DNA from: an uncultured Gammaproteobacteria bacterium
GTDB lineage: Bacteria > Patescibacteriota > Patescibacteriia > UBA9934 > UBA11717
Reading direction: 5' to 3'
Length of the DNA stretch: 29,106 nt
Assembly: GCA_964636795.1 (NCBI GenBank)
Contig: CAZWSS010000001.1
Location: forward strand, 1 to 29,106
Part shown: one piece after another, positions 23,603 through 29,106 of the stretch
Layout of the letters: each line of letters starts with the position of its first letter
Numbering within the stretch: the first letter of the stretch is position 1
Position numbers and translations under genes: made by a program
The notes under the pieces: generated by a model
Seen by the model: the letters and a program-made list of their open reading frames with translations, nothing else
What the model was told of the DNA's origin: nothing
The model's database searches: none

Positions 23603-25756
23603 TCACTCTCCTTCGGACTCCTGGGAGTCCGGTGCCGGGGGAGCGGCGACTTCCCCCGTCTCCACCACGACCAGTTGCTTTCGCAACCAGTCGGGCTGGG
23701 CGGCGAGCCGGGTCTGGGCCTCGGCGAGGATGGCGGGGCCGAAGACCCGCTTCCACACCACGGCCAGGATCCGCTCCGCGAGCTCGGTGGTCAGCTCCTG
23801 TGGCTTTCCATCGAGCATCATCTGCCGCCCCATAGAGAGGAACACCGAGGCGACCACCTGCAGGATGCCCCACAGGGAGTTGCTCTCGATCTTCGTCGGG
23901 GGGGAGGCGCGGTGGTGCAGGGACCGCGCCATCAGGTTGACGGCCTTCCCGTCGGCGATGTGGAGGTACCACACGCCGTCGGCCGCCTTGCCACCGTGCA
24001 TCAGGTCGGTGGGGTCCTCGGGCACCCTCCGTTCCTGGTGCATGTACTCGAGGGCTCGCGCGAAGGCCGCGAACCACCTGTACATCAGGTCCGTCCGCAC
24101 GCCGCCGAGGCGGCGCTGGTCGGTCCCGAAGTAGCAGGCCCCGATGGCGTTGGTGGTGATGCAGCAGGCCCCGATGGCCTGGCTCCGCACCACGGGGGCG
24201 AGTTGTGGATTGCAGCTGTCGGCCATGAAGACCGACGGCTTGCCCTTCTCGTCCCCGTCCACTCCCCAGGTCACCGCGATCTTCTCGCGGCGCCCGGCCT
24301 GCACCTCCACCGTGACGGCCAAGTCACGGAGGTCCTCCATCCCCCACCATGCCCGCAGAGCCATGCGAGCGTACTCCCGAGCGGTCCCTTCGGGCAGCTT
24401 CAGGAGCAGCCCGCGCCGGTCATCGGCCCCGTTCACCACCGTCTGCTCACGCACCAGTAGGGCACGCAGCGTGTTGTGGATCCCGTAGGGGGAGCGAGGG
24501 GACCGCTCGTCCAGCCACTCGCGCCCCTTGAGGACGGCGCGCGTGTCCTTTTCGCCCTCGAGGCGGCTCTTGAACCGGCCATTGCCGGTGTTCAAGAACT
24601 CTCCCAGGCCGGCGATGGCCTGGTCGACCGCCTTCACCTCGTCGGCCTCCTCGAGCACCGTCTTCCGGTGCTCCTTCAGCCGCTCCAGGTAGGCCGGGAG
24701 CGGCTCGCCGACGTTCATCTTCAGCGGCCGCTTGGTGCCCTTGCGGGCGAACCAGCGCTCCGCCGCCCAGCGGGCCGCTTCGGCCCAGGGAACGGGGTTC
24801 CCCATGTCGATGAGGTGCTGGTGGAGGGTCTCGACCTTCTTCACCAGCCGGGAGGGGTAGCCCGGCTCCTTGCCATTTTTCTCCCCCTTTTCCCACGCCG
24901 CCACCATCTTGGCGTACTCCGCCTCGATGTGGTCCAGGATGTCCTGGAAGCTCCGGGCCCCCGCGGGCTTCCAGAGCCGGCTCACCACGTTGTCCGGGGC
25001 GGACAACAGCCACTCCACCATCACCTGCTCCACCTTCTTGTCCACGCCCTGGGGCGGGGAGAAGGGGAGGAAGGTGTAGGTGGTCAACAGCACCTGCGTC
25101 CAGAACAAATCCTTTCGGACCGCGTCCTGGCCATAGGGCATCTCCACGATGCGGTCGTCCACTCGCTGGTAGACCGCCGCCCGCCCCGTCTGCTTGACCA
25201 CCCAGCTCCACCCCATCTGCATCGCCGTGGGGGTGGAGTCCTTGACGTCGATGTAGGTAAGGGCGTTGACCAGCCCCTGGTACAGGTGGGCGTGCTGCTT
25301 CTCCGGCACCCCGACGCTCGTGAAGAGCGCCCGCAGGCGCCCCACGAACTCGTCGTGGGAGAGGCCGGCCTTGGCCGCCGCCATGGTGGCGGACGTGGTG
25401 CCGTTGCCGCCCTCCTCTCCGTCTCGCTCCCCGTGCTCGTCGTACGGGTTCCAGGTTCCGTCCCCGGGGGTCCACCCCAGGAACAGCCACTTGGCACCCC
25501 CGATTTCGGGGTCGCCTTCCTCGAACAGTCTCCGCGCCAGCCCGGCGTTGCCGGACTTGCGGAAGATGTCGTTGTTTCCGCAGACCGTAACGGTATGCGG
25601 GTTGAAGACCACCAGACGCAGGAGCAGCAGCAAAATTGCTGCCACCAGCTCATCCGGGTGCGGGCGGGCGCCCGACTCCTCGCCCCCTCCGTGGAAGGAG
25701 AGGACCCCCACGTTGATGGGAGCGGGGGCGGCGGACCCGGTGTTGTTGTCGTTCAC
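23603..25756 (-). CDS. Large GC-rich orphan (717 aa), possibly a divergent MYG1/DHH-like phosphoesterase
   Basis: GTG start with GAGGT 5 nt upstream. N-terminal HPDELVAAILL, LFLG...YDEH, SAT and YIDVKD segments echo the MYG1/DHH motif order. GC 45/60 in sample line 23701-23760 versus 35/60 in host sample 4081-4140. Confidence 0.8.
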   Translation of the reverse strand: MNDNNTGSAAPAPINVGVLSFHGGGEESGARPHPDELVAAILLLLLRLVVFNPHTVTVCGNNDIFRKSGNAGLARRLFEEGDPEIGGAKWLFLGWTPGDGTWNPYDEHGERDGEEGGNGTTSATMAAAKAGLSHDEFVGRLRALFTSVGVPEKQHAHLYQGLVNALTYIDVKDSTPTAMQMGWSWVVKQTGRAAVYQRVDDRIVEMPYGQDAVRKDLFWTQVLLTTYTFLPFSPPQGVDKKVEQVMVEWLLSAPDNVVSRLWKPAGARSFQDILDHIEAEYAKMVAAWEKGEKNGKEPGYPSRLVKKVETLHQHLIDMGNPVPWAEAARWAAERWFARKGTKRPLKMNVGEPLPAYLERLKEHRKTVLEEADEVKAVDQAIAGLGEFLNTGNGRFKSRLEGEKDTRAVLKGREWLDERSPRSPYGIHNTLRALLVREQTVVNGADDRRGLLLKLPEGTAREYARMALRAWWGMEDLRDLAVTVEVQAGRREKIAVTWGVDGDEKGKPSVFMADSCNPQLAPVVRSQAIGACCITTNAIGACYFGTDQRRLGGVRTDLMYRWFAAFARALEYMHQERRVPEDPTDLMHGGKAADGVWYLHIADGKAVNLMARSLHHRASPPTKIESNSLWGILQVVASVFLSMGRQMMLDGKPQELTTELAERILAVVWKRVFGPAILAEAQTRLAAQPDWLRKQLVVVETGEVAAPPAPDSQESEGE

Positions 25757-25826
25757 GATGAACCTCGATTCTGTGTTTGTCGCCCGAGGGGAATCCTTGG
25801 GCGTGGGTTGTAAGGGGCCTGTTCGC

Positions 25827-25899
25827 TTTTGGCAAATGGCTCATGGCTATTGGCTCGGATCCGCAAGAAGCGAAAAGCCAACAGCGAAAAGCAAAAAGC
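25827..25899. repeat. Inverted heptamer array (nnnTGGC / nAAAAGC type)
   Basis: ttttggc aaatggc tcatggc tattggc ... gaaaagc caacagc gaaaagc aaaaagc. Confidence 0.75.
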
Positions 25900-25937
25900 C
25901 ATAAATGTCGGTGGTTTTCAGGCACACCGAACGGCGC

Positions 25938-25966
25938 AAGATAACAAGAAAACGGCCGTTTGTCAA
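25938..25966 (-). promoter_or_regulatory. sigma70 promoter of orphan 23603-25756
   Basis: Minus strand TTGACA-aacggccgttttcttgt(17)-TATCTT. Confidence 0.7.
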
Positions 25967-25973
25967 ACGGGAT

Positions 25974-26067
25974 GGGGTATCAAGTATGGAGTATCGAAGT
26001 ATGTGGCACGCTCCTCCAAGGAGCCGCAAGGATCGTGCTCATACTCCATACTTCGATACTCGATACC
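25974..26067. repeat. Inverted array of 7-8 nt AGTAT/ATACT units
   Basis: ggggtat caagtat ggagtat cgaagtat g ... c atactcc atacttcg atactcg ataccc. Confidence 0.8.
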
Positions 26068-26087
26068 CTGCTTGCTATACTTTCCCC

Positions 26088-27968
26088 ATGCCCGCCCACC
26101 CGAAACCTCGCCGGAAGGACTATCGCGATCGGCGCTCTGTGCCCGAATCGCCGCGGATTCGGTTGCTGTCTTGGGCGGTTGTTGCTGTTGCTGTCCTCTT
26201 TGTGGCACGCCTCGGCCACCTTCAAATTCTCCAACGCAGCGTGTACGAAGCGCTGGCGAGCGGGCAGCGGGAGCTCTATCGCGAGCTATTTCCCGAGCGT
26301 GGGGACATCATTGTCATTGATCGCGATGGAACCGAGGTGCCGTTGGCTACCAATCAATTTTTGAATCTTGTCTGGGCCGAGCCTCGTCGAATTGATGACC
26401 CCATTCGTACCGCACAGGTGTTGTCGGAGATTTTGGAGAGGGAAGACGTCGAGCAAGCGAGTGCCTCCTTCCCTAACGTAGGGGAAGTGTCCGAGTCCGA
26501 CGAGGACGGAGGGGACGCACCTGGCGATGCCGAAGCCACTGGCAACTCGCCACTCGCTACAAGCTCCTATGCCGACATCCTCGCCAAACTCCAAAAGCCC
26601 GACGACCCCTACGAACCCATCCGCCGGCGTGTAAGCGACGAGACCTCGGCAGAAGTTGAGCGTGCCAACCTGCCGGGCATCCACTTGCTGCGCGAGGAGT
26701 TCCGCTTCTACCCCGAGCAAGACATCGCGGCGCATATCACCGGGTTTGTCAGTGAAGACGACGAGGGCGCCATGAGCGGCAAGTACGGCGTGGAGGGACA
26801 CTACGATGATGTGCTGCGCGGCACTCCCGGCTTCGTTTTTTCCGAACTCGATGCCAAGGGGCGGTGGATCTCGGTTGGGATACGTCGGCGTAACCCGGTG
26901 GAAGATGGGGCCGCCGTGGTGCTGACGATTGATCGCACCATCCAACATGTGGCATGCAAGGCGCTCGAGGAGGCGGTGGAGGTGCATCAGGCCGATGCCG
27001 GGTCGCTTGTGATCCTCAACCCAAAAACCGGCGCCATCATGGCCATGTGCGGCGCTCCGAGCTTCAACCCCAACGCCTACGGCAACGTGGAATCGCTCGC
27101 GGTCTACAACAACCAGCCCACCTTCAACGCCTACGAGCCGGGCTCGGTGGTAAAGCCCCTCGTGATGGCGGGCGCCTTGGATGCGGGAGCCGTGACTCCC
27201 AACACCACCTACAACGATACGGCGGAGGTGCAAATTGATCGCTTCACCATTCGCAACTCGGACAAGCAAGGCCACGGCATCCAGACCATGACGCAGGTGT
27301 TGGAGCGCTCGCTCAACATCGGGATGATCTTTGTGATGCGCCAAATGGGTGGGGAGAAGCTCACGGAGTACATCCATCGGTTTGGGTTCGGGGAGGCCAC
27401 GGGGGTGGAGGTGGCCTTGGAGGCGGCGGGAGACGTGTCGTCCCTCGAGAACGGCCATGAGGTGTACTGGGCCACCGCATCGTACGGACAGGGTGTGACC
27501 ATGACGTTGATGCAGCTTGCCGCTGCGTACGGAGCGTTGGCCAACAACGGGGCAATGATGAAGCCGCATGTGGTGCAAGAGGTTCGGTTTGCCAATGGGA
27601 CGATGGATGTGACCGAACCCGAAACCGTGCGCCAAGTGGTGTCGTCGCATACGGCGCAGTTGACGACGGCGATGCTCGTCTCGGTTGTGGAGCATGGCCA
27701 TGCCAAGGGCGCACAGGTTCCCGGATACTACATGGCGGGCAAAACCGGCACCGCCCAGGTAGCCAACGATGAGGGGCAAGGATACAAGCAAGACGAGACG
27801 CGTGTGACGTTTGCCGGTTACGGGCCGGCGCGTGATCCCCAATTTGTGGTCGCCATCCGCATGGATCACCCGCGCACAACCCCCTGGGCCGAGGGAACCG
27901 TGGTGCCGATGTTTGGAACGATTGCCGATTTCTTGGTGGATTATCTGGCGATCCCGCCGGAACGCTAG
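26088..27968 (+). CDS. ftsI: Class B penicillin-binding protein (FtsI/PBP2 family transpeptidase, 626 aa)
   Basis: PERGDI dimerisation region, YEPGSVVK (SxxK), SLN (SxN) and KTGTAQ motifs; adjacent to murF. TGcTATACT-6 nt-ATG. Confidence 0.9.
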   Translation: MPAHPKPRRKDYRDRRSVPESPRIRLLSWAVVAVAVLFVARLGHLQILQRSVYEALASGQRELYRELFPERGDIIVIDRDGTEVPLATNQFLNLVWAEPRRIDDPIRTAQVLSEILEREDVEQASASFPNVGEVSESDEDGGDAPGDAEATGNSPLATSSYADILAKLQKPDDPYEPIRRRVSDETSAEVERANLPGIHLLREEFRFYPEQDIAAHITGFVSEDDEGAMSGKYGVEGHYDDVLRGTPGFVFSELDAKGRWISVGIRRRNPVEDGAAVVLTIDRTIQHVACKALEEAVEVHQADAGSLVILNPKTGAIMAMCGAPSFNPNAYGNVESLAVYNNQPTFNAYEPGSVVKPLVMAGALDAGAVTPNTTYNDTAEVQIDRFTIRNSDKQGHGIQTMTQVLERSLNIGMIFVMRQMGGEKLTEYIHRFGFGEATGVEVALEAAGDVSSLENGHEVYWATASYGQGVTMTLMQLAAAYGALANNGAMMKPHVVQEVRFANGTMDVTEPETVRQVVSSHTAQLTTAMLVSVVEHGHAKGAQVPGYYMAGKTGTAQVANDEGQGYKQDETRVTFAGYGPARDPQFVVAIRMDHPRTTPWAEGTVVPMFGTIADFLVDYLAIPPER

Positions 27969-27972
27969 CAGT

Positions 27973-27996
27973 GGACGTAACACGTTACGTCCCTAC
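27973..27996 (-). repeat. GTAG-type REP-like palindrome, second copy
   Basis: Minus strand GTAG-GGACGTAAC-gt-GTTACGTCC. Confidence 0.6.
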
Positions 27997-28034
27997 GTCT
28001 CGCGCTCCAGATTGAGAATTGATATCATGCCCCC

Positions 28035-29106
28035 ATGAAATCACTCGTGTTACGTTTGCTCAAAAGCCTTGCCATCCGCACCGTCGGTACCTATCGCCCC
28101 AAGGTGGTGGCGATTACGGGCTCGGTGGGCAAGACCTCCACGCGCCATGCTATCACTACGGCGATCGGCTCCGCGCGACGGGTGCGCTCGACCGATGGCA
28201 ATTACAACAATGAGTTTGGCGTGCCGTTGACGATTTTTGGTGAACGATCTCCCGGGTCATCGTTTTTCGGCTGGCTCGGGGTGCTGTGGCGCGGTTGGTG
28301 GGTGTCTATGGGGTTTGAAAAAAACTATCCCGAGGTGTTGGTCATGGAGTATGGCGCGGACAAGAAGGGCGATATTTTGTATCTGACGCAGATCGCACGA
28401 CCATCGGTTGCCGTTGTAACCACCGTTGGCGTGGCACACGCGGAGTTCATTGGCACCATCGAAGACATCCAAGAGGAGAAGGGCACGTTGGTGCGCGCGG
28501 TGGCTCAAGACGGCGTGGTGGTGTTGAACGCGGACGATGAGCGCGTGCGCGGCATGCGGCACATGAGCAAGGCGCCGGTGGTCACCTATGGGCTTGGCAC
28601 CGCCGATGTGTCGCCGCGGGCGGTGAAGGTGGAGACGATGCATGACGGCGACGTGGGAACGACGGAGGTCATTGCGCGCGTGATGTTTGAGCTCGAGATT
28701 GACAGTGACGTGGCGTCGGTGACCCTCACCAACGTGCTTGGTGATGCGCATCTTCGCGCGATTGTGGCCGGTGCCACGGCGGCGGCTCAACTCGGGATCC
28801 CCTTGCAGACGATCGCGCAAAATCTTTCGGGTTACACTCCCATGCCCGGCCGCCTCAAACTGATCCCTGGCATCAAGCACTCCCTTTTGATTGACGATAG
28901 TTACAACGCATCACCTGAGGCGGTGCATGCGGCGCTCGAGGTGCTTTCAAGCATCTCTCTTTCGGGCGGCGGCAAGCACATCGCCGTACTGGGGGATATG
29001 CGCGAACTGGGGCGCTACAGTGAGCGAGGGCATGTGGATGTGGGGGCGCATGTGGCCAATCTCCCCGTTGATCTCTTGGTGACGGTGGGGGAACAGGCGC
29101 GGGATA
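28035..29106 (+). CDS. murF: UDP-MurNAc-tripeptide--D-Ala-D-Ala ligase, partial (runs off the window)
   Basis: Hand translation: MKSLVLRLL...VAITGSVGKTST...NYNNEFGVPLT...MEYGAD...LNADD...PGRL...IDDSYNASP...VLGDMRELG. TGaTATCAT-6 nt-ATG. Confidence 0.93.
   Translation, partial: MKSLVLRLLKSLAIRTVGTYRPKVVAITGSVGKTSTRHAITTAIGSARRVRSTDGNYNNEFGVPLTIFGERSPGSSFFGWLGVLWRGWWVSMGFEKNYPEVLVMEYGADKKGDILYLTQIARPSVAVVTTVGVAHAEFIGTIEDIQEEKGTLVRAVAQDGVVVLNADDERVRGMRHMSKAPVVTYGLGTADVSPRAVKVETMHDGDVGTTEVIARVMFELEIDSDVASVTLTNVLGDAHLRAIVAGATAAAQLGIPLQTIAQNLSGYTPMPGRLKLIPGIKHSLLIDDSYNASPEAVHAALEVLSSISLSGGGKHIAVLGDMRELGRYSERGHVDVGAHVANLPVDLLVTVGEQARD

Noticed and set aside
23552-25813. Long alternative-frame ORFs over the 717-aa orphan (302, 347 and 445 aa)
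   Set aside because: Low-complexity Gly/Arg/Pro-rich shadows caused by high GC; they lack the RBS, promoter and terminator support of the 717-aa frame.
3253-26067. Heptamer arrays as CRISPR arrays
   Set aside because: Units are 7-8 nt, with no 23-50 nt repeats separated by unique spacers.
26286-27983. 565-aa minus-strand ORF
   Set aside because: Antisense shadow of ftsI; no motifs; expected in GC-rich coding DNA.

Overview
Gene-dense ~29 kb bacterial chromosomal segment. Gene content and style suggest a Patescibacteria/CPR (Parcubacteria, possibly Ca. Uhrbacteria-like) genome; this is inference from family recall, not a search result. Housekeeping content: stand-alone Smr protein, LCP-family protein, HU, a murL-murD2 pair (epimerase route to D-Glu), a SpoU/TrmH methyltransferase, two clan-A glycoside hydrolases, a pyridine nucleotide-disulfide oxidoreductase, a SAM methyltransferase, a PaaX/Cas2-like regulator, a DEDD/RNase H-like exonuclease, class II RNR nrdJ (two NrdR boxes plus a structured leader), a 2OG-Fe(II) oxygenase, cob(I)alamin adenosyltransferase, ftsI and a partial murF. 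Structure not explained by these annotations: (i) ten host genes have a -10 box 6-8 nt before the ATG (apparently leaderless), whereas (ii) four minus-strand orphan genes are self-contained cassettes with a related TTGACA promoter, a 5' hairpin, a Shine-Dalgarno-like site and their own terminator; (iii) an unannotated 36-aa highly basic ORF with its own promoter and terminator; (iv) several families of intergenic palindromes and inverted heptamer arrays, with one palindrome inserted in-frame in murD. No CRISPR array, tRNA, rRNA, integrase or transposase was seen. Starts were re-picked by hand from the ORF track; all homology calls are motif-based and unverified by database search.
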